Below are positions 49,691 through 60,300 of a stretch of DNA of 64,000 nt, in pieces (position 1 is the first letter of the stretch; each line of letters opens with the position of its first letter). Under the pieces are notes generated by a model. The model saw only the letters and a program-made list of their open reading frames with translations. It ran no database searches and was not told the origin of the DNA. Source of the stretch: a virus (taxonomy: Duplodnaviria; Heunggongvirae; Uroviricota; Caudoviricetes); IMG/VR virus record IMGVR_UViG_3300023210_000016; one strand, given 5' to 3'. The position numbers and the translations under genes are program-made.

Positions 49691-50607
49691 CAAAAAAATG
49701 CCGCCCACAAGGGACGACATTTAGTTTGATTGTAGTATGTTATTATTTTTCTTCGAAGACTTTGCGCATTCCCAAGTAATGCTCTTCGCCGATCTTTGCC
49801 ATCTTCTCGACAAATGCGATGTTGTTGCCGCGAATTTCCAAAAGCTTTGCCTTTGCATCTTCGTCGGTGACAAATGTTGCTACTGTCAAATCTGAAAGAT
49901 TCTTGTACGTGTCCAACATTGTCTTTACTGCTACTCGTGCTTGGTATGTTCCCATTATAGTAATCCTTTGTATGAGTCTAAAAAGTGTTCTGAACGGCGT
50001 CTTGCTTCCGCAGTTCTAGCTTTGATTATTGCGTTAAGCAGACGTTTGCATAGACGCTTAAACACAACCGTTACCCCTGTCGGATAACAATGAATACGGG
50101 TACCGATCAACGTGCGTAGGAGCACGAAGATGTGGCTCGTTCCTGAATTCAATTTCGAGATATCTTTGGTAACCAATGCGCTGCTGACGCTCACGCTGGT
50201 ATTTTGTTACCATGCACCATAGTTTCTTAAACATTACCAGCGAAACGCATTATGGTCATATGGCTGGCATCCGGGATTGGATTGGCAGCGTTGGTTGTAC
50301 ATCCATGGATATTCAGAATGGAGGTATGCCATATAGTCTTGATAGTTCTGTTTAGCGAGTTTACGTTCTTTCCACGCTTGTATTAGTTTCTTGATCATTG
50401 TATTTGCCCTTTCTTGCTTACATCATTTAAGTATTATACACAGTTATTTAGTATTTTACTACGGAAATGTTGCAGTGCTTCACGCTTTTGCTGCTGGCCG
50501 GATTTGCTATTAATTTGGCTAAATACATGAGTGGGGATGTTATAGCATCCCACGGTCACCGAAAGGAATGACCTCACTCATATTGTATTTACACGAAAGG
50601 AATCACA

Positions 50608-51129
50608 ATGAAGCAATACTACGTATACGAACTATATAATCCAAATTCCGCATCACCGTTCTATGTCGGCTGGGCAGATGCTGGAAGAACTCGCCACAAA
50701 CCAAGAGAAACAGAACATCTAACAGAAGCCAAGCGGTATGCTAGAAAACTGAAAAATAACGAAGTGATCAAGAATATCAATATCGACAAATGTTGTGAAA
50801 TATTGCGTATTCTCGATTATGATCAGATGTATAGGGTGGAGTATCCATTTTCCAGCGATGACCGCGATGAAGCTTTTGCTATGGAAAAACAACTGATTTC
50901 CAAATGGGGCAGATCATGTGATGGGGGATTGTTGACCAATGTTACGTGTGGTGGCACGGGTGCGAATGGTTCGGTATCAAAAAAACTAGAATCCAATGAG
51001 ATTAAAGCATTGCGGCAACAAGCACGTGAAGCACGGGAACTTATTGCCAAGATAGAATTTGACAGATATATTAAGCCTATGATGGTTGATCCCTTTGTTC
51101 TTTGGCGCGAAATGATGGGTCTCAGGTAA
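50608..51129 (+). CDS. GIY-YIG homing endonuclease, 173 aa
   Basis: N-terminal 'YYVYELYNP...PFYVGWA' GIY-YIG motif. Confidence 0.6.
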   Translation: MKQYYVYELYNPNSASPFYVGWADAGRTRHKPRETEHLTEAKRYARKLKNNEVIKNINIDKCCEILRILDYDQMYRVEYPFSSDDRDEAFAMEKQLISKWGRSCDGGLLTNVTCGGTGANGSVSKKLESNEIKALRQQAREARELIAKIEFDRYIKPMMVDPFVLWREMMGLR

Positions 51130-51411
51130 ACGTTTTACCGTACGCATTCGCGACCATAATCATTGAATTAGCATGTTCTTGGGATTTGGGAACTACAACA
51201 CTGTCGCCATCGTAAACTTCTTGATATTCTAGAAGAGTTTCGCCAACACCTATCAGTTCATAAGCGAATCCTCTGGTAACGGCGAGAACAGTTCTCATTT
51301 CCTCGGGATCGATTTCCCCAGCACGAAGTCTGATCTCTTCGGCATTGGTCCATCGTTCGATAACTTTTTCGAGTTCAGCATTGAAATCAGTCATCTTTAA
51401 TCTTCCATAAT

Positions 51412-51678
<267 letters not shown>

Positions 51679-52296
51679 GAAGATACATGCCGAGGCCGGT
51701 CAAGAACACAGCTATAATTGTTATGATTATGTTCTCAATCATCGGAGTATCCTAATTCGATCAGTTTAATCATTTCGTTTACACTTTGCTAATGTTACAT
51801 TTGCCAGTGCTGCAATAAACATACAACTACCAGCCACCCAATCAATATATAGTGCGGTCAACATTAAACTGATCGCTGCTAGATGTATTAGGTGACCCCA
51901 CCATGGAAATTTATTCATTATTTCGCCCTTTCCGTCAACAGATGAATACGTAGAGTGTCGGGGCACCCCATGTATTTGTTGACCATATGAACGATGCAAT
52001 GATCTGTTCCGATATCATATCGCTTGCCGTGTGGTGCGCTTTCTTCGATTTCCAGTGGAAGGTCTTTGTCGTAAATACTCAAGACTTCCACAAGATCACC
52101 AACTGTTTTGATAGATTTCATGAGAGTTCTCCCTTCAATGGAACCCATGCGTAAATGTTTGCAGCCAGAACCTGTTTATGTTGGTCTTCTGTCAGTTCAA
52201 TCGCGGCATGGAATTCACCTATTCCAAGAACCTTGATTGCACCAACAATATCGCACACTGGCACGATATTGTCAATAGTAATCATGTATGTGTTCA

Positions 52297-52917
52297 CTAT
52301 TCGATCCCTTCCAAGATTTTCAGAGCAGAGTGCAGACCATCCAGTTCACCAGCGAACTGGTCGTAGTTTTCGTTGGAAACACTCCAAGCACAATCATCCA
52401 TCCGGGCGATTTCGGCTTTGATGGCACCGATGGCGACTGCAAACTTTGAAACTTTCTTGACGATCTTTTTCTTGGCGACCTTCTTTTCGGTAACGACAAA
52501 AGGCTTGTCGTACTGACCGATGTTCACATTCAGGTACCACCCAACATCGAAGTAGTCCGACTGGATGTCGCTGTTGTTGTGATTTCCATCGTTGGCACCG
52601 TCGATGATGGCCGCTAACATCCGCTTGGCGGCACCAGTGAAATGATCTTGATACCAAAACTCGTTGACTTGAAGGTAGGTACGGGTGGCGAGATTGAAGG
52701 CATCGTATTCGGTGCCTTGATTGATGGCCTTGACGCCTTCACGTGCGTTGGCGTTGGCGATCAGGTCGATGTCGCTTGATTTGATGTTCACAACCAGTAC
52801 TGAACCGTGACGTACGCCCAAGGTATACTTGACGCGGCCAGTCATGCCAGCTTCTTCCAGATTTTTGTCGATCTCGATCTTGATCCGCTTCTTTTCGACT
52901 TGGGTCATGTAGGCCAT
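52297..52917 (-). CDS. Early protein, ~206 aa (ATG at 52915..52917, MAYMTQ...)
   Basis: Preceded by RBS AGGAGAG, the conserved 5'UTR and promoter copy C (TTGACG-N16-TATACT, 52956..52983). Confidence 0.5.
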   Translation of the reverse strand: MAYMTQVEKKRIKIEIDKNLEEAGMTGRVKYTLGVRHGSVLVVNIKSSDIDLIANANAREGVKAINQGTEYDAFNLATRTYLQVNEFWYQDHFTGAAKRMLAAIIDGANDGNHNNSDIQSDYFDVGWYLNVNIGQYDKPFVVTEKKVAKKKIVKKVSKFAVAIGAIKAEIARMDDCAWSVSNENYDQFAGELDGLHSALKILEGIE

Positions 52918-52984
52918 GTGGTCTCTCCTGTTTGTTTGTTTCTTTCTACTCTTTGAGTATACACCAAAAGTGAAATACGTCAAC

Positions 52985-53305
52985 CTATTTTAGCTGCTCA
53001 CTTAGGTATGCCGTATATTTTGCCAAGATTTTATATTTGAGTTTCAGTGTGGCCTTGCTATCAAACACTAGGCAAAAGCCCCACATTGTACGGCCAGTTT
53101 TCCTGATAGGCTGTTTGATGATAGTACTCGCATTGCCGTAGACATTGATATCGGCATTGACTGCCACGTACAGTTCAGTCGAATATTCACGGGAATTCTT
53201 TGAAATAGAACCTATTACTGTGCGCTCTTTGCCATTGGCCCAAACGACCTTCCCGATCTTGTTGCGACTGTCGGTCTTGTCCCATTTAAACATGATCTTG
53301 GCCAT
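52985..53305 (-). CDS. Early protein, 106 aa
   Basis: ATG with RBS AGGAGAG, conserved 5'UTR and promoter copy B. Confidence 0.5.
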   Translation of the reverse strand: MAKIMFKWDKTDSRNKIGKVVWANGKERTVIGSISKNSREYSTELYVAVNADINVYGNASTIIKQPIRKTGRTMWGFCLVFDSKATLKLKYKILAKYTAYLSEQLK

Positions 53306-53339
53306 GTGGTCTCTCCTGTTTGTTTCTTTCTACAATCAG

Positions 53340-53367
53340 ATAGTACCACATATCCCTAAGATGTCAA
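53340..53367 (-). promoter_or_regulatory. sigma70-like promoter TTGACA-N16-TACTAT with conserved 5'UTR (copy B)
   Basis: tgtcaa at 53362..53367 and atagta at 53340..53345. Confidence 0.6.
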
Positions 53368-53368
53368 T

Positions 53369-54019
53369 CTATTTGAACAGTTTAATGTTATCGAACTCTA
53401 TTTGTTTGAAGTTCGGGTATTGTTTCCATGTTTGTGGGGGTTTCCACGAGTCTGGTTGAACTTGCCAGAACGTTGTGTTAGGAAAATACGCAAAGATAAT
53501 CTCGGAATGCCTGATCCATAATCTTGGATCAACTGGTGGGTTTGGTTTGTACAACTGCACACCGTTGTGCTCGACATCTTGAAACATATTGTTCTTACAC
53601 TCGACGTGGGGCCAAAGATCGAACCCTACCATATAAATTTCCTCGATTTGCATAATTAATGCGGTATGAATCAAGGTAAGTTGACCGGTTCCCCAATTCC
53701 GTGGCTCAAGATCGCGTTCGTATTGGTCACAATGTTTTTCAATCCAGTCATAGGCGTAAATCGTATTGCTGTTGTCGAGCAGATGTTCTGGTCTGGTAAA
53801 CAGTTTATGGGGATCGAAATTCTCTCGAACCATTTTCGCTACTTGTAAATCTGCAGCGAACACATAATCGGCGGGGGAATTTTGATAACTTAAATTACAG
53901 CCATGAAAGCTGGGACGGTTGGCAATAGATGTTTGATCTCGGGGATGTGGTTGGACGTTTGACCAATTGTAATCTCTGCGACTTTCACCGTTTCCAATTA
54001 CAAATACCGGCTGTCCCAT
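53369..54019 (-). CDS. Hypothetical protein, 216 aa
   Basis: ORF. Confidence 0.4.
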   Translation of the reverse strand: MGQPVFVIGNGESRRDYNWSNVQPHPRDQTSIANRPSFHGCNLSYQNSPADYVFAADLQVAKMVRENFDPHKLFTRPEHLLDNSNTIYAYDWIEKHCDQYERDLEPRNWGTGQLTLIHTALIMQIEEIYMVGFDLWPHVECKNNMFQDVEHNGVQLYKPNPPVDPRLWIRHSEIIFAYFPNTTFWQVQPDSWKPPQTWKQYPNFKQIEFDNIKLFK

Positions 54020-55044
54020 TAAAACTTACCGAAGTCAGCCCATCGATTACCACCAAGGCAAATCCAGCCAACACAATGCTCGGCTTTCTTGTTGAACACG
54101 ATATCGCCCTTGGTTCCAGACGTTGATGGGACTTTGGTGTCAACACTAAGGCGAATTCCGCCCAAGATAATCGCATCCATGTTAACAGTGCCATCATCTT
54201 TGATCTCGATAGCGCGTTTATTGTTCACACCGATCACCAAACCAGATTTACGAATAGTTCCGATGTATCCAACTTGTTGTTTGAACTTTTTCATCACCAC
54301 TTCGGTCTCTTCATCCCAAACAGACAATGCCGCTGATGGTTCATCGGTGTTTACGCCAACTCTTCCTGATGGTGTGATATACAAGACATCACTTAATAAG
54401 GTTTCGCCTGATGTTTGGAGTTCATGTAGGTTACCAACTGATCTGATGTTGCTCTGTGTGATTCTTGGAGACAATGTGTTGTTGTCTACCACTAACGGAA
54501 CATCTCCGACTTTCACATCGCTTGATTGAACTCCGGTATCCGACAAGTACGCATCGATATCAGATTTCTGATCACCCAATAGTTCTTGAACTTGGGTCCG
54601 GACGTTTCCCTTGACTGATTGGTAGAACTTTGAATCGGTATTGATGTCGCCATGCAGGGCTAAGTCACCCTTCACGATTAAGTCTTGTTCATATCTGCCT
54701 TGTTGTGCTACCAGATTGTTTTCAAACACGGTAGCTTTGTCCATGATGGTTACAATAGTTCCAGATGCTTGATCATTGATACCGACTGAGCGGAAATCTG
54801 TGATATGATCTTTCTGAACGATTTTCGACATGAAGTGGTTGTCGAAATCGATGGCATTGAACGGGATACTGTGATCAGGGAAGCTGATCTTTGTCATCTT
54901 GTCTTTGAATGCGGCTTCGATCACAGGGCGAATAACCTCATGGAGATCGAGTTGATCGAGTTTACGTCTAATTGTAGTGCTAACGAGTTGTTCAACCTTC
55001 TCGTCAATCAGTCCTTCGACCATTGTTTGTACAGTGTCGGTCAT
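54019..55044 (-). CDS. Hypothetical (possibly structural) protein, 341 aa
   Basis: ORF. Confidence 0.45.
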   Translation of the reverse strand: MTDTVQTMVEGLIDEKVEQLVSTTIRRKLDQLDLHEVIRPVIEAAFKDKMTKISFPDHSIPFNAIDFDNHFMSKIVQKDHITDFRSVGINDQASGTIVTIMDKATVFENNLVAQQGRYEQDLIVKGDLALHGDINTDSKFYQSVKGNVRTQVQELLGDQKSDIDAYLSDTGVQSSDVKVGDVPLVVDNNTLSPRITQSNIRSVGNLHELQTSGETLLSDVLYITPSGRVGVNTDEPSAALSVWDEETEVVMKKFKQQVGYIGTIRKSGLVIGVNNKRAIEIKDDGTVNMDAIILGGIRLSVDTKVPSTSGTKGDIVFNKKAEHCVGWICLGGNRWADFGKF

Positions 55045-55243
55045 TAGTCGTCGGTAATATCTATATGAAGGCCATTCACTGGTTCATCCAAGATGCCTAA
55101 CTTTTCTTCTAACCGAATTTCTTCATCGATTGCTTTGGCCATCTCGCCTAAAACATTAATGCCTATCTTGTGCATTTCATTGTATGCTGTTCGAGTTACT
55201 TTAACCCGTGCGATACCATCTTTAACATTCATCGTTGAACTCC

Positions 55244-55981
55244 TTAAAATTGGACGCTGATCACGTGCTCGAACGTCTTCTTGAATACACTCTTATATAG
55301 CTGTTCTTTATGCACAGTGAAATTTTTCCCACCCATATCAGACGTGAACTTAGCCAACTGTTTGAAGTACATTGTACGTCTAGAGATTGGCCCAATTGTT
55401 TCCAAATTCGAATGATCTTTGATGGCATAGAAATGATGATCCCAATGCTGACGATCTTTACGATCCCACATATATTGATCCATGAACAACATACTTTCGT
55501 TATCATCGGTCAGAAACATAAATGGTTCCTCGAAATTACGTCGATGAGATGACATATTCTTGTAATCTTTCACTGTCGTGATCAATTGACGAGAAGACAT
55601 CCGGCACAACTGTTCAATTATTTCTAATTGATGTGCTTCGGTATCAGCATACGTGGTGAATTCATCTGCCGCAATAACGGTGTCGTATTTCAACGAGGGA
55701 GTTCCAATCGGATCATCCAGATATGTGATATTAACCCCGAGATCAGTGGATATTCTGGCAGATTCTGCCGTACCCTGACATACCGCGATGTCATAGCCCT
55801 TCAGGGCCAATCCTAACGCGACTACGCCCATACCCACGCTTAGAATGGGCGTTGAACGATCAATCAAAATATCTTCGAAGATTTCTGCTTTGCGTATTGC
55901 TACGTCTTTAAACTTACTACTCTGTGAGGCATATCCACAAACGAAATCAAAGTATTCCTGCCTCTTACCAACTGTACTCAT
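55244..55981 (-). CDS. Putative class-I SAM-dependent methyltransferase, 245 aa
   Basis: Rossmann-like 'ILSVGMGVVALGLALKGYDIAVCQG'. Confidence 0.35.
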   Translation of the reverse strand: MSTVGKRQEYFDFVCGYASQSSKFKDVAIRKAEIFEDILIDRSTPILSVGMGVVALGLALKGYDIAVCQGTAESARISTDLGVNITYLDDPIGTPSLKYDTVIAADEFTTYADTEAHQLEIIEQLCRMSSRQLITTVKDYKNMSSHRRNFEEPFMFLTDDNESMLFMDQYMWDRKDRQHWDHHFYAIKDHSNLETIGPISRRTMYFKQLAKFTSDMGGKNFTVHKEQLYKSVFKKTFEHVISVQF

Positions 55982-56189
55982 TAAAACTTCTCCATTACAG
56001 AGTATTTATCGAGAAAGCTGTGCGCATTTAGCGCCATACAAGTAGTATGCGTGATCTTTTTCATCCAGATCGAAATGAATACTCCATGTGAGCTTGAAAC
56101 GCCCACCCTGTACATAGTATCCGTCTGGAAATTCGTGTAGTTCTATTAGGTTTTTATTATACTCTTGTTGTTCTTTTATCATACAGTAT

Positions 56190-56789
56190 TTAGGTTATAC
56201 GGAATTTCTCATCATGGTTTTTCTTACCCAGCATTAACTTGATAGTGACTTCGCTATCCGGCAGAAACCCTTTTTTGATGTACTTTTTGATACGCCGCTC
56301 GACATTATCCCATCCATGATCGGCGATGGACTTATTCACGTCGATGAAATGTAATGTACCTGTTTCCAAATCGGCAATTGCTTCCGGAGTATGAATAACC
56401 TGCTTCCCATCGGTGGCGAATTGACATACCGTGATATCGAAACTATTGATACAATCAATTGCGGTTTCCTCTGAACGGAAGCCAACACAATTCAATACGT
56501 ATCCAATATAATTCAACCAGCACAGTGCGCCGTGGCCATAATCATTGCCTTGTCGTTGCTGATGGTTGTCGGTTGCGCCGCAATCATACAGGGTTTGCTT
56601 GAATTCTTGGTATTGCGCTTTGTTGGCGAAGTAGATGTCCACATCATTCGCATTCAAGAAGTTACCATCCTGATGGAAGTTCAATGCGGCACCGCCAGCG
56701 ATCCATGGCCCGTTGTTCAGGTCCATCAATGGGAGCAAGTTGGTGATGTTGTATGGCTTATGTGATAGATTCATCATCGTCTTCATCAT
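56190..56789 (-). CDS. Pol-beta-superfamily nucleotidyltransferase; head-domain motifs resemble tRNA CCA-adding/poly(A) polymerase, 199 aa
   Basis: 'IAGGAALNFHQDGNFLNANDVDIYF' (GG...DxD) and 'INSFDITVCQFA' (cf. RDFTINA). Confidence 0.4.
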   Translation of the reverse strand: MMKTMMNLSHKPYNITNLLPLMDLNNGPWIAGGAALNFHQDGNFLNANDVDIYFANKAQYQEFKQTLYDCGATDNHQQRQGNDYGHGALCWLNYIGYVLNCVGFRSEETAIDCINSFDITVCQFATDGKQVIHTPEAIADLETGTLHFIDVNKSIADHGWDNVERRIKKYIKKGFLPDSEVTIKLMLGKKNHDEKFRIT

Positions 56790-57792
56790 TCTCTACATCT
56801 GATAAAAAGTTGTTCTCGTATTTCCAATACACAAACGCTTTATGGAACTCTTTGTAAGCAGTTTTGAATGGTATCGTTTCGTCTGAATTGGAACCATAAA
56901 GTGCGCGTTCAATACGCAACAGCGAAGAATTTACTTCACTGATAACCTCACGCTGACGAACTCGCCTACGTTTCATTTCGGCGCTGGCGGCATGATCATA
57001 CTGATCATCATAATGCCCCATTATGTCATCACAACAAATAAGGTATACAGCACGACGCTGATAATAAGGATCGAAACAGCCCATGATGTTGTCATTGGCT
57101 TAACAGGTTCCTTTGGACCTTTGCCCCAAGATACCTCTTGCTCAAACCAATCTCTAGCCATAAGGTTGGGATAGTTCCATGCTCTGCGAACTGATGGATT
57201 TATTGGTGTGGGTGTGTTCGCAGGGTCTACCTGTACTTTATTCACGGTGTTCATAATACTCTCGCTCCAATTGTTTGATAAAGATCAGATAAAATCAAAA
57301 TGGCCTTCTGAGCCTGAACTTGCTCTTCGGGTGTGAATCCGCTATGACCTGTCAACATCACGTCCAGAATTGCAACAGCATTGGCGGTGCGGTCAAGCGC
57401 CTCATGCGAATGGAATGGATCAATACGAGACGACGCTTCCCGAATGATCTTCTGGTGGCGTTCGTCGGTTGACTGGAACATTTCACACCGTTCGGCATCT
57501 TCGAGATCGGTACATTCCGATTCAACATCACCGCAAAATTTGCATAAATCAACCATCACGTTTCAACTTTCTACTGGCGTAATTGTAAATTCGATAGCAT
57601 CGGTTTTTCGCATTCACGTATAATTGGTCCTGAATGCCCGAATTTGCATTCAATGTTGACTCGTGCGCATGAATAAGGCAATCGGTGCGCTCATTTATTA
57701 GGGCATTGTGGGCAGAATATCCGGAATATAGCACCATGCCGAATACCATGGCAACGCCGAATACCAGTGCCAGCCCCACCAATGAAGCTGTA

Positions 57793-58554
57793 TTATAGCT
57801 CAAAGGTCTGGCCTTTCACAACCCAACCACGGAACCCATCCTGAATACAATCAGCTTTGTCGCCGGGTTGATAATGATATAGCCACATTTTGGCTTTGGT
57901 TTCTTCGTCCAGTGTCACCAGTTCATTGTAGTGAGCATGTACGCCAGATGGGAACGGAGAGGTTTCACTGTCCTGAAAAATTATGTCAGACATGTTGTAG
58001 AAATCTCTGATCTGGTTCGGATTGAATTGGGTGTCGGTTGTAATGAAATACGAAACTTCATTCACGGTGAACATCAATCCATACGAAGGTACGATGTCAA
58101 ACCCATCCATATAATGAACAACTTGAACCAACGTAAATGACACGCCTTCCCACAGGAATGATCCGTTCTTCTCGATAGCTTCGACAACAAAGTAATCATC
58201 CAACGATGTGATTTTGGTTTGAATTGATCCTGCGCCACCAGACAAGGTATGAGTCCATAGATCGGGTGCAAGATTTTCATTCACAAACAACGTAGGGCGC
58301 TTTAGCGTAGGATTGAAATACGTACTGAACATCAAGTATTCCATTCCGCCAACATGATCGGCGTGTTGGTGACTGACGTACACAGCATCAATGGTATCCA
58401 GTTCGATCCCCTGATCTCGCAGTGAGAACCTGATATCAGTTCCACAATCAATCAACAGACGTTTGCCGTTGTCCGCTTCGATGATCATATTGGATTGATA
58501 GTTATTTGGCTCTAGCGTAAAGGCCGAACCTGCGCCTAAGAATATGAGTTTCAT
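57793..58554 (-). CDS. Metallo-beta-lactamase-fold hydrolase (RNase Z/BN-like), 253 aa
   Basis: 'LIFLGAGSAF...LLIDCGTDIRF...VYVSHQHADHVGG' (HxHxDH). Confidence 0.7.
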   Translation of the reverse strand: MKLIFLGAGSAFTLEPNNYQSNMIIEADNGKRLLIDCGTDIRFSLRDQGIELDTIDAVYVSHQHADHVGGMEYLMFSTYFNPTLKRPTLFVNENLAPDLWTHTLSGGAGSIQTKITSLDDYFVVEAIEKNGSFLWEGVSFTLVQVVHYMDGFDIVPSYGLMFTVNEVSYFITTDTQFNPNQIRDFYNMSDIIFQDSETSPFPSGVHAHYNELVTLDEETKAKMWLYHYQPGDKADCIQDGFRGWVVKGQTFEL

Positions 58555-59003
58555 TCTGTTTCTTCCTCGTAAATATAGTAGTGCTTTTGAATGTTCGCTG
58601 GCATTGCGTCATACCGCTTCGAGTGAATGGTCACGTTTCCATCATAGGAGCCGACAAGACAGGCGATGTGCTGCATCTCTTCTGAAAGATTAGTTGTGTC
58701 GAGTCTATAATATACCGGATTTTCTGGCTCACCTGCGTTAATTCGATCAATGCGACGTTGATGCTCTTCCTTGGTGTCTCTGAAAGCATCCCAACACGCA
58801 AATCCAAAGGCCGACACAAATAGTAAAATGCCGAACCCTGCCGCAATATTTCCGAATAGTTCTTTCCCAGCCATAGCATAAATGCCAAACCCGAATCCGA
58901 CAACCAAAGCTACCGCCAGAGCGACGACGACAGTGCCTACGATTAGGCCCTTCCACGTAGAACATGTGGCATTCATATAGCAACGCTCAAGCCATGCTTT
59001 CAT
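58551..59003 (-). CDS. Membrane protein, 150 aa
   Basis: Two long hydrophobic helices. Confidence 0.4.
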   Translation of the reverse strand: MKAWLERCYMNATCSTWKGLIVGTVVVALAVALVVGFGFGIYAMAGKELFGNIAAGFGILLFVSAFGFACWDAFRDTKEEHQRRIDRINAGEPENPVYYRLDTTNLSEEMQHIACLVGSYDGNVTIHSKRYDAMPANIQKHYYIYEEETE

Positions 59004-59174
59004 GATTCAAATCCTTTTGGTGCTAGGTTTTTGTAGTATTCTAACTCTTTTTCAAGTTCTTCGATAACATAGTACGCTTTATTGATGGTGTTATACATGA
59101 TGTAGATACAAATAAATTGGATCGACATTGCAATTATTAAAGCTATGAGTAACATATGATCGCTTTCTAAAGAG

Positions 59175-59332
59175 TGGTGGGTCTTGACGGGATCGAACCG
59201 CCGACATTCTCGGTGTCATTTGAACCTCAAAGATTTCCCTTCTTGGTTCCCCAATGCAGAGTTCGATGAACTCCGGAGACTTTATGGAAGTCTCACATAA
59301 ACGAGATGCTCTACCATCTGAGCTAAAGACCC
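59175..59332 (-). tRNA. tRNA-like gene, 158 nt with encoded CCA: canonical acceptor/D/T arms but an ~82-nt insertion (putative intron) in the anticodon loop; the spliced loop would be TTTATGC (UAU)
   Basis: 5' exon GGGTCTT-TA-GCTC-AGATGGTA-GAGC-A-TCTCG; 3' exon CGAGA-ATGTC-GGCGG-TTCGATC-CCGTC-AAGACCC-A-CCA; 89 nt lie between the paired anticodon-stem halves. Confidence 0.55.
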
Positions 59333-59385
59333 TTACTATATTTTGATCATTGTAATGTATTTAGCAAACACTGTCAAGTGATATT

Positions 59386-60285
59386 TTAATCATGTTCATT
59401 CTTCGGTATGTATTGCTTGACTACGCATGGTGTATTACCCCACCCCTTTTGCTCTGCTTCTTTTCTCGTTTTGAATAACAAGGGTGGTTCCTCCCAGCTA
59501 CCGCCGTGATTGAGCCAACCTTCCCAATACCGGCTGCGGCTGTCGGGGCCATGATTCAGTATTATCCAAACTCCGTACTTCACCATATCATTTCCATATC
59601 TTATACAGGTTCTTCTCAATATATTGTTCAACTCGATACATTGATTTACTCATTGTTGATCGCCAAAAACTTTTACCGCGCAAATGCTCTTCTGCTTGCT
59701 TGCGGGTATCAAATAACAACGGCGATGTGTTCTTGCCGTAATCATGTGTGTAACTGATACGTTTTGCAAACCATCCCTCACGTTGGCCAGTTGTGGTATA
59801 CGTGACGATATAATATCTAACGCACATACGTGCTGCGATCTTTGCTACGATACTGCCAATTATCAACCGATGTGACCGGAACAATTTTGATATGATGTGC
59901 CCATGTTGTCATTCGATCTTTCATGTATCGTTCTGCGTGAACCCGATTCTTGAACACATACAACTGATCATAACGATCATCTTTATCGTATGGTTTGGTC
60001 ACGTATTCCCATTTGCAATTCGGCTGCGTCTTTGGGTCAGTGGCGTATTTGATTACGAACTTTTGCATGTTTGTCTTTCTTCGGGATGTATTGCTTGACG
60101 CTGAATTGATGCACGAATTGTCTTCCAATTTCTCTGGCCACTACAGTTTCAATAAAACGTTCGCCTTCTTCTCTGGTGTTGAACAGTACTCGATTCAAGG
60201 GATTACGAAAAAATTGCCACCCGCCTTTTCTAAACCCAATAATAAGAGTGGTATGATGTCTTCGCCATAGTCCGTACTTTACCAC
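59386..60285 (-). repeat. Tandem array of four paralogous small genes (~75-85 aa each; track ORFs 59386..59631, 59588..59884, 59817..60128, 60037..60285)
   Basis: Shared motifs MVKYG.W ... LLF.TR.EAE ... VKQYIPK across all four translations. Confidence 0.6.
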
Positions 60286-60300
60286 CGAGAACTCCTGATG

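Noticed and set aside
49700-49725. GC-rich segment followed by a T7 run, considered as a terminator
   Set aside because: Only about 3 contiguous base pairs can form (GTCGTCCC/GGGCGGC mispair), too weak for an intrinsic terminator. The T-run more likely belongs to the UP-element region of the adjacent consensus promoter.
49955-50194. 79-aa minus-strand ORF in the ORF-poor region
   Set aside because: No RBS, atypical composition, and it lies in a region with hairpins and promoter-like elements. It was treated as non-coding.
59291-59308. Local hairpin TCTC-GTTTATGT-GAGA read as an intact anticodon arm with an 8-nt loop and a giant ~86-nt variable arm
   Set aside because: It is less parsimonious than the intron model. 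The intron model restores a canonical 5-bp anticodon stem (TCTCG/CGAGA), a 5-nt variable loop and a standard T-arm. Both models are noted, but the 8-nt-loop reading alone cannot explain the downstream sequence.
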